64,000 nt of DNA from NCBI RefSeq assembly GCF_028641065.1, contig NC_073394.1:16554001-16618000 (forward strand). The letters run 5' to 3'. Positions 1 through 12,532 of the stretch are shown one piece after another. Every line of letters starts with the position of its first letter. Position 1 is the first letter of the stretch. A program made the position numbers and the translations under genes. A model generated the notes under the pieces. The model saw only the letters and a list, made by a program, of their open reading frames with translations, did not search any database and was not told the origin of the DNA. The DNA is from Leucoraja erinacea (lineage: Eukaryota).

Positions 1-739
1 ATTCCAGGAGAAAGATAAGGTCAATGGCCAGAGGTTAGAGCATATTGTAAAGACCAAACTTCAAACAACACGATATTTAGTGAGATGACATTTCCGCATA
101 TATACATTATGTTGGACAGGCTTGGGTCCAGAGGTCCAACATAAATCTTGCAAGCCAGTGAACAGGAGGTTCATGGAAAAGCATTGAAGGTCACTAGCTG
201 ATGCCATGGCATGTCTAGACCATCCTTGACCTAACAACCATTCCCCAATGGAGCGAAGAACAGAGGAGAGCACAAGGACAGTGCAGTCATCTAATCCTGG
301 AAGAACATTGAAGACTTCACAGCCTTTGATGTGAATGTCCTTCTCTTCATTCTACAGAATGTTATTTATTACAATCTCAATGTTATTGTTAACCCAACCA
401 GAGGTTGACAAGTTGAAAAATAACAAACTCTTTCAAACAGATGAAAGCCCTGCTGTGATAAAGTATCGCCAACCTGAAACATCAGCTCTGTTTCTCTTTC
501 CATGGATGTCTCCTGGTTATTAAGTGTTTCCAGCATTTTCTGTTGTAATATCAAGGTCATAACAAATTCAGTAATTTGGCTGAACTACAAACTATTCTCG
601 GAAGCATACTAAATAAAGATTCGAAAGTCAAGGTATTACTGTACACACCACACAGCAGCATCCCCAAAAGTTAGAATCAATAAAGAGATAATGTTGGAAC
701 ACTGATAAAAAAATTCAAACCATATCTTAAGATGAGTGA

Positions 740-1085
740 TATTCAACAAATTCACCAAATCATTGATTTGGGACCTGAATAGAAGTGGCCCTAGCACCAA
801 CTCCTGCGGAACACTAGTTACTGGCAGCCAAGCAGAAAAAACCCCCTTTATTGCCATTCTTTGCCTTCTGCCACCCAGCCAACCTGTTACCCATCATCTT
901 CCCTCTGATACCATGGGCTCTCATCTTCTTTAGCAGGCTCACATGCAGCACCTTATCAAAGGACTTCTGAAAATCCAAGCAAATAACACCCACTGACTCT
1001 CCTTTGTCTATCCTGCTATTTACCTCCTCAAAAAATTCCAACAAATTCATCCCCTTCACAAAACCATGCTGACTTTGTCCTATGT
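740..1085 (-). mobile_element. CR1 LINE reverse transcriptase fragment
   Basis: [33 protein letters not shown] and WLPVTSVPQELVLGPLLF motifs, with frameshifts. Confidence 0.85.
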
Positions 1086-1104
1086 TATTATGAGCTTCTA
1101 CGTA

Positions 1105-1260
1105 CTCAGGGCAGTCACAGTGGCGCAGCGGTAAAGTTGCTGCCTGATCCCTATTGTGTGTAGGGTAGTGTTTCTGTGCGGGGATCGCTGGTCGGCACGG
1201 ACCTGGTGGGCCAAAGGGCCTGTTTCCGCGCTGTATCTCTAAACAAAACTAAACTAAACC
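1105..1260 (+). mobile_element. tRNA-derived HE1/V-SINE-like element (internally deleted)
   Basis: 5' cacagtggcgcagcggtaaagttgctgcc, 3' gggccaaagggcctgtttccgcgctgtatctct and a (ctaaa)n tail. Confidence 0.75.
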
Positions 1261-1544
1261 TCATCCTTTATAATGGACTCTAAAAGCTTACCAACCACTG
1301 AATTCAGGCTCACTGGCCTATAGTTTCCAGTCTTCAGCTTCACTTCATTCTTGAACAGCAGAGTAATAGTTGCAATTTTCTAATCATCTGGAACCACTCG
1401 TGATTCTTGAAAGATCACAACAAATGCCTCCACAATCGCTGACATCTACTCAATAATGTAACAATTGCCAAGATATATTTTCATTCACAGAAGCAGGACA
1501 ATTCCAACCCAGCTAATTGCCACCCAAATAGTCTATGCTCAATC

Positions 1545-2150
1545 ATCAGTGAGGTGATGGAAGCTATCATCACGAGCATTCTCAAATTCCGCTTATTCAT
1601 GAACAACCTATTAGAAGATGCCCAGTTTGGGTTCTTCCAAGATCACTTGGCTTCAGACCTCATTACAACCTTGGTCCAAACATGGATTAAACAGCTAAAT
1701 TTCAGAGGTGAGATAAGAGTGACTTCCCTTGCTGTCAAGGTAAAGTTTTACAGTGTAGCATGAAGAAGGCTTGGTAAAACTAAAGTCAATGGTCACTAGG
1801 GGTAAAACACTCAAGTGGTTGGAGACATACCTTAATAAAGAAAAATAGTTGTGATTGTAGGCTATCTTAACCCAGGATATCACTGTGGGAGTTCCTACAT
1901 TCAAACATCTTTGTAAGTTTCATCAGTGACTTTGTTTTCAGTATAAGGTCAGAAATGGGGATGTTCCTGATGATTTCACTGGTTACAACAACGCATGTTG
2001 GTAATCCACAACTGCATGCAGCAAGACCTAGATAACATTTAAGCAAAAGTTGTTAAGTGGCAAGTAACATTCATGCCACATAAGGACCAGGCACTGACCA
2101 TCTGCAGCAAGAGAGAATCTAATTACCCATCATTAAAACATAATGGAATT
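1545..2150 (+). mobile_element. Old LINE (CR1/L2-type) RT remnant
   Basis: Degenerate QFGFFQDHLASDLITTLVQTWIKQLNFRGEIRVT motif followed by decayed RT sequence. Confidence 0.65.
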
Positions 2151-2299
2151 ACATTGCCAGATCGCCCAGCATCTGACAAGACAAGAAGAAGGAGGGTCTG
2201 ATGGGATCAGAAGAAGAAAGTCTCGACCCGAAACATCGCCCATTCCTTCTATCAAGAAATGCTGCCTTTGTTACTCCAGAATTTTGTGTCTAACATTAC

Positions 2300-2657
2300 C
2301 ATGAGTCTGGAGTCAAATGTAGGAGGGGAGTCAAATGGGATAGTCAAGGACGGAGTTAAAGGGAAAGAGGGTAAAGGGATCGTTAATGACCCCAGAATTA
2401 ATGGGAAAAGAAGCTCACAAAGGGATAGGAGAGTATGACCAAGTGTAATATGGATCGTTGTGAAAGGTGAGATGCGTAAGGAATTAAAAGTATTGTATAT
2501 GAATGCGCAAAGTATAAGAAGTAAGGTGGATGAGCTTGAGGCTCAGTTAGAGGTTGACATTGTGGGGATTACTGAGACGTGGCTGCAGGAGGACCTGGGC
2601 CTGGGAAGTTAATATTCAGGATTATACATCCTATAGAAAGGACAGGGCAGGTGGGCA

Positions 2658-2688
<31 letters not shown>

Positions 2689-5600
2689 TAGCTCTGCTGG
2701 TGAGGGATGGAATTCAGTCCCTTGCGAGGGAAGACATAGAGACTGACGAGATAGAGTCACTGTGGATTGAGTTGAGGAATTGTAAAGGCAAGAAGACACT
2801 ATTTGGTATTATCTACAGACCCCCAAATAAAACTAGCATGTAACAAAGGTAATGCCACTGTGGTGATGGGGGATTTCAATATGCATGTAGACTGAGAAAA
2901 TCAGGTTCGTTCAGGTCCCCAAGAAAGAGAGTTTGTAGAGTGCCTCCGAGATGGATTCTTAGAGCAGCTTGTAATGGAGCCGACCAGAGAAAAGGCAATT
3001 CTGGATTTAGTGTTGTCCAATGAACCAGATATGATAAGAGAACTCAAGGTAAAGGAACCGAGTTGGCCGATTAGGAAAGGGGGAGATGCAACGAGACCTG
3101 GGTGCCATGGTACACCAGTCATTATAAGTAGGCATGTAGGTGCAGCAGGCAGTGAAGAAGGCGAATGATATGTTAGCATTCATAGCAAAAGGATTTGAGT
3201 ATAAGAGCAGGGAGGTTCTACTGCTGTTGTACAGGGTCTTGGTGAGACCACACCTGGAGTATTGCGTACAGTTTTGGTCTCCTAATCTGAGGAAGGACAT
3301 TCTTGCCATAGAGGGAGTACAGAGAAGGTTCACCTGGGATGTCATGACTTTCATATGAAGAAAGACTGGATAGACTTGGTTTGTACTCGCTATAATTTAG
3401 AAGATTGAGGGGGGATCTTATAGAAACTTACAAAATTCTTAAGGGGTTGGACAGGCTAGATGCAGGAAGATTGTTCCCGATGTTGGGGAAGTCCAGAACA
3501 AGGGGTCACAGTTTAAGGATAAGGGAGAAATCTTTTAGGACCGAGATGAGGAAAACATTTTTCACACAGAGAGTGGTGAATCTCTGGAATTCTCTGCCAC
3601 AGAGGGTAGTTGAGGCCAGTTCATTGGCTATATTTAAGAAGGAGTTGGATGTGGCCCTTGTGGCTATAGGGATCAGGGGGTATGGAGAGAAGGCAGGTAC
3701 GGGATACCGAGTTGGATGATCAGCCATGATCATATCGAATGGCGGTGCAGGCTCGAAGGGCCGAATGGCCTACTCCTGCCCCTATTTTCTATGTTGAACC
3801 GCTGGAGTTAGTGATCATAATATGATTAGTTTTAATCTGCAATTTGAGGTTAAATCGGAAATGTCAGTGATGCAGTTGAACAAAGGGGACTATGAAGGCA
3901 TGAGAGAGGAGCTGGCCAAGGTAGACTGGAAAGGGATCCTAGCAGGAATGACGGTGGAACAGCAATGGCAGTAATTTCTTGGTATAATCCGGACGAGGCA
4001 GGATCATTTCATTCCAAAAAGGAAGAAAAATTCTAAGGGGAGTAGTAGGCAAACGTGGCTGACAAGAGAAGTTAGGGATAGAATAAAACTAAAAGAAAAG
4101 ATGTATAACACAGCAAAGAGTAGCCAGAAGCCAGAGGATTGGGAAACTTTCATAGGACAACAGAAGGAAACAAAATTGGCAATACGGGCTGAAAAGATGA
4201 AGTACGAAGGGAAGCTGGCCAGGAATATAAAGAAGGACAGTAAAAGCTTCTTTAGATATGTTAAGGGAAAAAGAGTAACAAAGTCAAATGTGGGTCCCTT
4301 GAGGGCAGACACAGGTGAAATTATTATGGGCAACAAGGAAATGGCAGAAGAGTTGAACAGATACTTCGGATCTGTCTTCACTAAGGAAGACACAAACAAT
4401 CTCCCAGATGTACTGGAGGACAGAGGATTTAAGGGGGTAGAAGAACTGAAATAAATTTTCATGATGCGAGAAATAGTATTGGGTAGGCTAATGGGACTGA
4501 AGGATGATAAAACCCCTGGGTTCTCAGGGAGGTGGCTCTCGAAATAGTGGACTCATTGGTGATTATTTTCCAATGTTCAATCGATTCAGGATCAGTTTCT
4601 GTGGATTGGAGGATAGCTAATGTTATCCCATTTTTCAAGAAAGGAGCAAGAGAGAAAACGGGGAATTACAGACCAGCTAGCCTGATTTCGGTGGTGGGAA
4701 AGATGCTGGAGTCAATTATTAAAGAGTTAATAATGGGGCATTTGGATAGCATTAAAAGGATTAGTCCAAGTCAACATGGATTTATGAAAGGGAAATCATG
4801 CTTGACTAATCTTCTGGAATATTTTGAGGATGTGACAAGCAAAATGGATGAAGGGGTGCCAGTGGATGTAGTGTATCTAGACTTTCAGAAAGCCTTTGAT
4901 AAGGTACCGCACAGGAGACTGGTGACTAAAATTAGAGCACATGGTATTGGAGGTAGGGACATGGAGAGAAAATTTGTTGGCAAACAGGAAGCTAAGAATA
5001 GGAGTGAATGGGTCCTTTTCAGAATGACAGGCAGTGGCAAGTGGAATGCCGCAAGGCTTGGTGTTGGGGCCGCATATAGTTTACCATATATATTAATGAT
5101 TTGGAAGAAGGAATTAGAAGCAACACTAGCATGTTTGCGGATGACACAAAGCTGGGTGGCAGTGTGAACTGTGAAGAGGATGTTCGGAGGTTGCAGGGTG
5201 ACCAGGACAGGTTGAGTGAGTGGGCAGATACGTGGCAGATGCAGTATAATATAGATAAATGTGAGGTTATCCACTTTGGGGGCAAAAATAAGGGGGCAGA
5301 TTGTTATCTCAATGGGGTTAGGTTAGGCAAGAGGGAGGTGCAGCGAGACCTGGGTGGCCTTGTACACCAGTCACTGAAAGTTGGCGTGCAGGTACAGCAG
5401 GCAGTGAAGAAAGCTAATGGAATGTTGGCCTTCATAACAAGAGGATTTCAGTATAGGAGTAAAGAGGTTCTTCTGCAGTTGTATAGGACTCTGGTGAGAC
5501 CACATTTGGAGTATTGTGTCCAGTTTTGGTCTCCGAATTTGAGGAAGGACTAGTGGAATCAAGGGATATGGAGAGATGGCAGGCACGGGTTATTGATTGG

Positions 5601-5690
5601 AGAAGATCAGCCATGATCACAATGAATGGCGGTGCTGGCTCGAAGGGCCGAATGGCCTCCTCCTACACCTATTTTCTATGTTTCTATGTA
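2300..5690 (+). mobile_element. CR1 LINE (endonuclease to RT to 3' tail), interrupted by a second CR1
   Basis: APE motifs around 2490-3060 (LYMNAQSIRSKVDELE, DIVGITETWLQ). RT in ORFs 4101-4454, 4532-5167 and 5101-5553. (ttctatgt)n tail near 5675-5688. Confidence 0.92.
3061..3795 (+). mobile_element. 5'-truncated CR1 nested in the older CR1, with 6-bp target-site duplication
   Basis: gaaccg at 3055-3060 and 3796-3801 flanks a CR1 3' end (ORFs 3140-3358 and 3405-3719, tail ttttctatgtt). Host sequence resumes at 3796. Confidence 0.85.
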
Positions 5691-6814
5691 GACCAGGTAT
5701 GAGTGAAACATATGAGTTTTTCCAACTTTCTAATCTAATAGTTTCAAGGCTTTCACTATTGAGGTCAATCTTTTTTTAATGCAATTGTCTGAATTGCAGG
5801 ACCAGTAATTTAACTAGCACACTCCCAATCCTAACTGCAGAATTTTGACTCAAAGGAACAAAGAGGGAGAACATACATCCTTCATGTTCCTCCCACTTGT
5901 AGTCAGTGTCAAACAATCTAAACTGTAATGTTCAAAATGAATGCTCGAAGACACTCAAAAAACATTAGTGCAAGCGCTCAGCTTTTGTGCCCATTGGCAT
6001 GGGAGGAGCGTTCTTACAGGATTTATGGACAAATCACTGCCCTACTGGAAGCTTCTCATGTCTCTTGCACCCGCCGCCGTATAGTTGTCTCCTTTCCCAA
6101 ACTGGTGTTGGATCGAACCAATTTCTTGTCGTCAGAGCCAGAAAGCAGCAGGAAGGTGGTTGAACGGCAATTATCTCTCATCGGTGTCAGCTAAATGAGG
6201 CTCTATGCAGGACATGAGATGTAAGCCCTCAGTCAGTTCCAGTAGACTGATGTAAAGACCTCCCACTGGTTTTAAAAATCAAATTTCTATATCACAAAAC
6301 ATCATTTGAATTTCAGTAATAAAATAATGGCGAGTATTACAAATAATAAATTCACAACCAATGTTCAGAAATCTTGTGATCTTTATTTCTTGTTAAAAAG
6401 CAGAAACAAATTTAAGAAAATACATTTTCAATACACAGAGTCCTCACAATGTATTCTATGGCATATGATTATTTAACCACAACATCCTCCCCTACTGCAA
6501 AATTCAACAGGATTATAATCGTGCTTTTGGCTACAGGCTTTATCTCTATTTCTCTCTCCATATATTCTGTTTGAAGAGCTGATTACGTCCAGAATTTTCT
6601 GTATTTTATTAGCTGCTTAACATCTTGATATGACCTTTAAATAAATAGGTGTTGTGATTAAACATAAACCTCATGGAGAATATTGTCTTTAATTATTCTC
6701 ATTGAAACCATTGAATTTGTTTAACTTCAAAGTTTGCTTTGTACAGAGTCAACTGTGTAAAACTGTGGATTGCAATGTAATTGCATCCAAATCCCGTGAC
6801 TGTTATGAGCTTGT

Positions 6815-7020
6815 GTAGGAAGGAACTGCAGATGCTGGTTTAAACCGAAGATAGACACAAAATGTTGGAGTGACACAACGGGCAGGCAGCATCTCTGGAG
6901 AGAAGGAATGGGTGGCTCAGTCTGAAGAAGGGTCTTGACCCAAAACATCACCCATTCCTTCTCTCTTGAGATGTCACCTGTCCTGCTGAGTTACTACAGC
7001 ATTTTGTGTCTATCTACTGT
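6815..7020. mobile_element. Penelope-derived palindromic short element
   Basis: Inverted arms agatagacacaaaatg...tctggagagaaggaatgggtg / cacccattccttctctc...cattttgtgtctatct. Same family recurs at about 2205, 17890, 18120, 20335, 23545, 25960, 42540, 43430, 52130 and 52700. Confidence 0.7.
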
Positions 7021-8814
7021 TGTGAGTTCTGTAATATCAGAAATTAACACTTCAACACAATTCATTAAATTCTACATATGTCTGAATAAAAAATATTATC
7101 CATACATGACTATCCATCACTAACAAAATAACATATTAAATTTAGCTTAAAAATACAAACTATCAGATAACCCCCCAAGTATTCCGCCCATCGCCAAATT
7201 ACCATATTTCAGTTAAAGACAATTTAAATCCTTGCTCTCATGCAATCAAGGACACTTGGTTCTTCCTTAAACATTTTTTTCTATCCATCAATAGCCAGAG
7301 CAATAACATTACTTGTAATTGTATTCGTCCATCTTTTTGTTGCCAATATAGTACAGATGGTAAACAAACACCACACATACAGACTGAAATAGTTGCATTT
7401 AGCCAGTTCCTGTTTTTACTTTGTAGCACCAGATTAAAAAAATGAGTGCACTGGTGTCTACTCTTTGGGATCTTAGATTTCATTTCTGACAGAACTAAGA
7501 AAAATGAACTGGCATTGAAAAAATTAATCTCCACCATGTAAATTGTGCATTTGTGGCTCAATTTAACGGCATTCTGAATAAAAATCAAGTCCGTGCAGCC
7601 TAATCTTATTTTGGTGACATTGCAACCTGGGATTTTTTTTTGTATTTTGATTTGGGAAATAAATTACACCTGCCCAATTTGTTTTAAAGCTTTCTAAATC
7701 ACCCAAGAAACCAGTGGTATATGTTGACAGCAATTTATTTTGTCTGTAGAAAACCATGAATGTACAGCTCAGCTATCAATGGCCAAAAATCATGTGGTGA
7801 CAGGTACTGATCATATCCTTTAAAAAAAAACAGTGCATGTGTGTATTGGCAAAAGTAATGCCACAATGCAACAGCTACATAAAATATGAAATGACAAAAT
7901 TCTAATTTCTATGTCTATAATAAATGTCAGTGACTCTCCGATGAGGTTACTCAAAAATCAAAGCAATATATTTCCATGTAGCATTAGAAATTGACCACAA
8001 AATTACTGCATATAAAATAACTAAGGAATACAAACTTGTTGCTGCCTATTTTGGACTCAGATTCAATGCCATGGAAACAGCACATGTCCATGCAAGAGAC
8101 CTGTGTGTTGGTAGACGCCATTCCTCACAGCTGAGCTGGAATCATTATGAGGTCTTTATCAGTACTCGCTCGAGCTTTCACCTTCACCTCTCCCAATAGA
8201 AGGCATCAATTTGAGCCAAAGCCTTGGCTGCAGGGATCACAAGCTGCATTTCATCTTACATTTTAATTGTTTAAAAAAAAACAATCGTAAAGTTTAAAAT
8301 AAAGCAAATACATTTTTTGTCAGAGAAATCAAGAAATTAGATAAAAATTCAGAAAAGCAAAATATCACAATCGACTGGCACTGCAGATCTTCGTCACTTT
8401 CTTCCCATCAATAACCATGCCATTGTTTATTTTAAAAGGTTTTCATCTGGCATTACGAAAATTAAAAGTACTCCTTCATTTGAAGTCCTCATCTTGCCCA
8501 GTTTTCTTTCATATCAGAACAGAGAATCTAACCAATGTTCCTGCTTTATGTGATTGCCTAACAAGATCCAAACAATACTAAAATGCTCACCAATTTGTGA
8601 TTACTTTCCACTTTGGCTGCAGTTGAGACATGCAGTTATCACTGGCCTTGTTCATCATACAATGACCATATTATTTTAATAACACTACTGGGATTTCTTC
8701 ATCAACACCATCTCTGCTCCCCAGGCTTGGCCACGGCAAACCTCCAGACCATCGGCTGTTCAGCCTCCTGTGGTTAAAATTATTTAGAACCGATTTCAGC
8801 TCCAAGAACTCAAT

Positions 8815-11800
8815 TTAAAAATTATTGGAATCATTTTCATTTATTGAATTATCTTGGCTGATTACTGCATTGTGCACTTCCATGAACCTCTGTAAATATT
8901 TTGAAGTATACAACCAGTGGTGCTTCAGTATATCTTCCAGCTCATAGCTCTTGGACTGCCTTGCATTCATCTTTCTGAAACGGCGAAAGAGTTTGTTGCC
9001 TGATTCATTGCCTTCACTTGCCCATGCACCTATTGAGCCATCTCTTTCAATGATCTCAGGGACATGAGCCAAAGTCTTATGAAGGTAGTTGGTGATCTTC
9101 CCATCATATCTGTACTTGAACTTTGTATTAAGCAGTTCTGCAAATCTCTGGGAATTAAAGCTGTACTGACAAACAAGATCCGGGCATTCTTTGAGTGGGA
9201 ATGTGGATCGCCACACGGGTTTCATGAGAATGTAAAGGTGCATCAATTCCCTGAGAATCTCTCGTCTTTCTTCAGAAGGAATCAGTTCACATACTGCTTC
9301 CACAGTCTCTTCAGTCATTAGTTTCCTTGCAAAGTTTCCATTCAGCCTCATGATAGGTTTCAGGTTTATCTTTTCCCTGAAATGTTTATCAAGCATTGCC
9401 TGCAACCTTTTCCTTTCCTCCTTAGATGGACTAGGATTTTTGTGCAACTCCCCAATCTCATCCTGGAATAGCTTGTAGAATTCAGTTGCATTGCCAATGT
9501 CACAGTGTAGAGCATCTATGGAGGGCTGTGTTTCAATAAATGCTTTTGCTGCAACCCCCTTCACCCTGTCACGTAACTCTTCAGCGGTCTCCTGATATGG
9601 ATTTGTGCGCCAAACTTCATAGCGCTCTAAGTTCTCTTCATGGCTTCGCGTTATGGAATGAAGGGTCAGATTTTGTGAAGCGTTGCTTCGAGTGGCATCA
9701 CAGAGTGTACACACATACATCGAGCCTGATGCTTCAAGGCCTTCCAACTCACGGACCAGCTTTTCATCATAACCCGTGCCTCGAAAGATAAACTTAAAGG
9801 ATCTGGGCAAATCTCCAATTTCAAGGATTAAGTCACTGCTTTTCATTGCTTCTCTTTCGGCGACTAGGGGACCCAGGATTGCCGTCATGGTTTCGTGGTC
9901 AGATTCATCGGCCAGCATCAGGCAAAGTGGCTTGCAGCACAACTCAGAATTTGGCTTTAGCTCCTCAAAGACGTTCACTTTCTCACCATTTTCATTCTCC
10001 ACGCTTATAGTCATGATTGTGAAGGAATACCTCACTGCCTTCTCCGGAACTGGAGGACCACATCCATGTTTTTCACTAACATCGCCCATTCCATCGCAAG
10101 ATTCTTTGATTACCACTGTAAATGGTCCACCAAAATACTCATCGATATTTTGGCATTTCAAACCTTCCAAAATATTATCCTCAAGATCTTTCAGTGTTGA
10201 TACAAGTGCCACATCGTACCTAAATCGTCTTGAAATTGTTTCCATTGGATATTCGTCAACACAGTGTGACCAACCACAAGTACCATCTATTATCCCTACT
10301 TCAGTGTTGGTAGAGACTTGTGGTAGAGGAGGTTCCCATTCAAATGAATAATAACCCGGCAACAAGGTTTTCTCTGCACTTCGGAGTGCATGCAGCGGTT
10401 GGAAGATTTGCTTCCCGGTTGTTGCTTTGACGGTTTTATACATTTTATGATACTGACTGCAACTTAGAAAGGTGCTAACCCTAATGGCAAGACAGACTGC
10501 TGGCTTCAGCCCTGATCCATGTCCTTGCATCAGAGCCTCCAGTTCATCTGCTTGCCTGTGCTCGTTACCAGCTCTCAATGCCAGCACGAACAGAGTAAGG
10601 CACACTGACTTCACATCACCACCTTCCTCCTTGTCCGCAAATGCCTTCACCTGAAGTTTGAGATATCGCAGCCGATGTTTTTGAGCCCGGCGAGTTAGAG
10701 AGAGTAAGTGTTGCCTCGGCCGGCCACCCTTGTTTGTTGGTGAGTAGGCGTGCAGCATTCTTTTCTCTTTGTGATACTTGGCATGGTTGGGATATTCGCC
10801 AAGTCTCACCTCCTCTCCACAATCTGCCACTGGACATTTTAAAACCAATGAATTGAGAACACTTACAAATGATTTTACTGGGCTTCTACACTCTGTGGGA
10901 TCGCAAGGAAACCTGCAAACGGGACAATATTTTCCGAGCACTGCAGTGCATTTGAGAATGCATGTTCTGCAGAAAAGATGCTTGCATGGTGATTGCACTG
11001 GGTCAGCCAGTAAATGTTCACAGACCTGGCACGACACTGACTGAATAAAGTTATTGGGATAATCGAGCATAAGGAGTTTTGTATTTAGGTGGATCTTCTT
11101 GCAGTTAACAATCTTCTTGGCCAATAGAATACTTGTCGAATTTCTTTGATCTGTTCTTTTAGTAATTCTTGATATATCGACTGCCGTTTTGGGCTTCTTT
11201 GCGGCTGGTGGACTTCGTTTGAGAACTTTCCGTTTGCGAGTCCCATTTCGAAAGTTGCAAACATTGCAGAAATTGGAGTGTGGCTTCCACTGAACAATTG
11301 TGCTGATGGGAAAAAATGCATCTTCGTTAGTTGTGTTGTTGATTGTCTGAATAACAATCCGCCAGCAATTGTAGCAAAAGTGGGTGGGATGTCTGGCCTC
11401 TGAGTCCAGCCGCACATCAATATTAAATGTGTTGTGGATGAGCTCAGGCCAAAAACTATGTCCATATCCCATTTTCCTAAGAACCTCTTGTGTGACATCA
11501 TCAACAGGGCCATTGACTGGGTATTTCATGTCATAGCTGTTGGTATTAAAGGAAACTCCACAAATGCGGCAGAGATTTTGTAATCTTAACATGTGATCTT
11601 CCAAAGATTTTGTTTCCATTTGCCTTTCATAGCACTTGGCCTTTGGTGGGATGACCTCTAAAGGCATGTGTTTCAGAGACTTATCTTCCAAAGTCTTCTT
11701 GTCCAAGGGCAATGTCTCCAAACATGTAGATCCCGGTGGCTTGATTTGAGGGGGTGACATTTGCCATATTAGACCATGAACTGGCTGAACAGTTTGTGGC

Positions 11801-11913
11801 TCAAAAACCTTTGGCGCTGAAATCTTGGCTTTCTTTTGGACGTTTATTGTTGGCCTGGTTTCTGAATTCCTGAAATATTCAGGTATTATTTGCAGCGGCA
11901 TCTCCATTTCCAT
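8815..11913 (-). CDS. RAG1: V(D)J recombination-activating protein 1, 1032 aa, single coding exon
   Basis: Uninterrupted ORF with LCRICG and [10 protein letters not shown] zinc motifs, C3HC4 RING (CQVCEH...CKHLFCRTC...CPVC), C2H2 finger and nonamer-binding [21 protein letters not shown]. Catalytic D607 (KESCDG), D716 (GTGYDE) and E970 (EGNESG) match mouse D600/D708/E962. Splice acceptor (ctctattag|) lies 13 nt upstream of the ATG, so the exon starts at 11926. Confidence 0.99.
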   Translation of the reverse strand: MEMEMPLQIIPEYFRNSETRPTINVQKKAKISAPKVFEPQTVQPVHGLIWQMSPPQIKPPGSTCLETLPLDKKTLEDKSLKHMPLEVIPPKAKCYERQMETKSLEDHMLRLQNLCRICGVSFNTNSYDMKYPVNGPVDDVTQEVLRKMGYGHSFWPELIHNTFNIDVRLDSEARHPTHFCYNCWRIVIQTINNTTNEDAFFPISTIVQWKPHSNFCNVCNFRNGTRKRKVLKRSPPAAKKPKTAVDISRITKRTDQRNSTSILLAKKIVNCKKIHLNTKLLMLDYPNNFIQSVSCQVCEHLLADPVQSPCKHLFCRTCILKCTAVLGKYCPVCRFPCDPTECRSPVKSFVSVLNSLVLKCPVADCGEEVRLGEYPNHAKYHKEKRMLHAYSPTNKGGRPRQHLLSLTRRAQKHRLRYLKLQVKAFADKEEGGDVKSVCLTLFVLALRAGNEHRQADELEALMQGHGSGLKPAVCLAIRVSTFLSCSQYHKMYKTVKATTGKQIFQPLHALRSAEKTLLPGYYSFEWEPPLPQVSTNTEVGIIDGTCGWSHCVDEYPMETISRRFRYDVALVSTLKDLEDNILEGLKCQNIDEYFGGPFTVVIKESCDGMGDVSEKHGCGPPVPEKAVRYSFTIMTISVENENGEKVNVFEELKPNSELCCKPLCLMLADESDHETMTAILGPLVAEREAMKSSDLILEIGDLPRSFKFIFRGTGYDEKLVRELEGLEASGSMYVCTLCDATRSNASQNLTLHSITRSHEENLERYEVWRTNPYQETAEELRDRVKGVAAKAFIETQPSIDALHCDIGNATEFYKLFQDEIGELHKNPSPSKEERKRLQAMLDKHFREKINLKPIMRLNGNFARKLMTEETVEAVCELIPSEERREILRELMHLYILMKPVWRSTFPLKECPDLVCQYSFNSQRFAELLNTKFKYRYDGKITNYLHKTLAHVPEIIERDGSIGAWASEGNESGNKLFRRFRKMNARQSKSYELEDILKHHWLYTSKYLQRFMEVHNAVISQDNSINENDSNNF

Positions 11914-12532
11914 CAGAAAGTGGTATCTAATAGAGACATAAGAGTGAATTTGATTAAAATAGGATCACTATTCATGCCGTTTATTTAAGTTAATCTCTTT
12001 TGCACTTAATTTTAATTTATAAAACTTACATTCTCACTGCAAAGCGAACATTGTGCTTTTAATTCCAAGAGGCATAAAATTAATCTAGTCTAATTCATCA
12101 GAAAGTTAAAAGTAACTTAATCTACTTGGCACTCTGCCAGAATGTGAAACAGCCTCTTCCACACAGTTTCCCATCAGCGGATTAATGTAAAGTTGCTTCT
12201 GATGTCTTTTGATGACCAGGAAATAACTGAAAATGTTATGCATGCGTTCAAAAATAAGAGAAGGATGAACCTAGCCATTTGTCTTAACCTCAGTGATGGG
12301 AGAGATTAGCATGGGTTGTGAGATGTGAGATGGGGGGTGGGATTCAATGCAGGACTGAGGCTGGTGAGAGTCTGGTAGTCAGTATGGAAGGTGATGAAGA
12401 AAGTTCATCGGACAGAATAGACAGGTGCATGACTAGGAGCGAGGATGGACTGTTGGATTGAATTGCATATATTTTAATGTGAGAGGCCTGACAGGTTAGG
12501 AGGATGAACTCAAGGCATGGATAGGTACATTT

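Noticed and set aside
6008-6200. Short minus-strand peptide with a WD40-like LLSGSDDKK
   Set aside because: About 41 codons bounded by stops, with no splice support or further WD motifs.
7793-7798. RUNX site as the intergenic RAG silencer
   Set aside because: A single hexamer is expected by chance every few kb; no supporting cluster.
1-8814. RAG2 or a RAG2 remnant
   Set aside because: No long plus-strand ORF, and no kelch-like, acidic-hinge or PHD motifs seen; absence beyond the window cannot be judged.
9064-11513. Antisense and alternate-frame ORFs within RAG1
   Set aside because: Expected shadows of a long coding sequence; no independent motifs.
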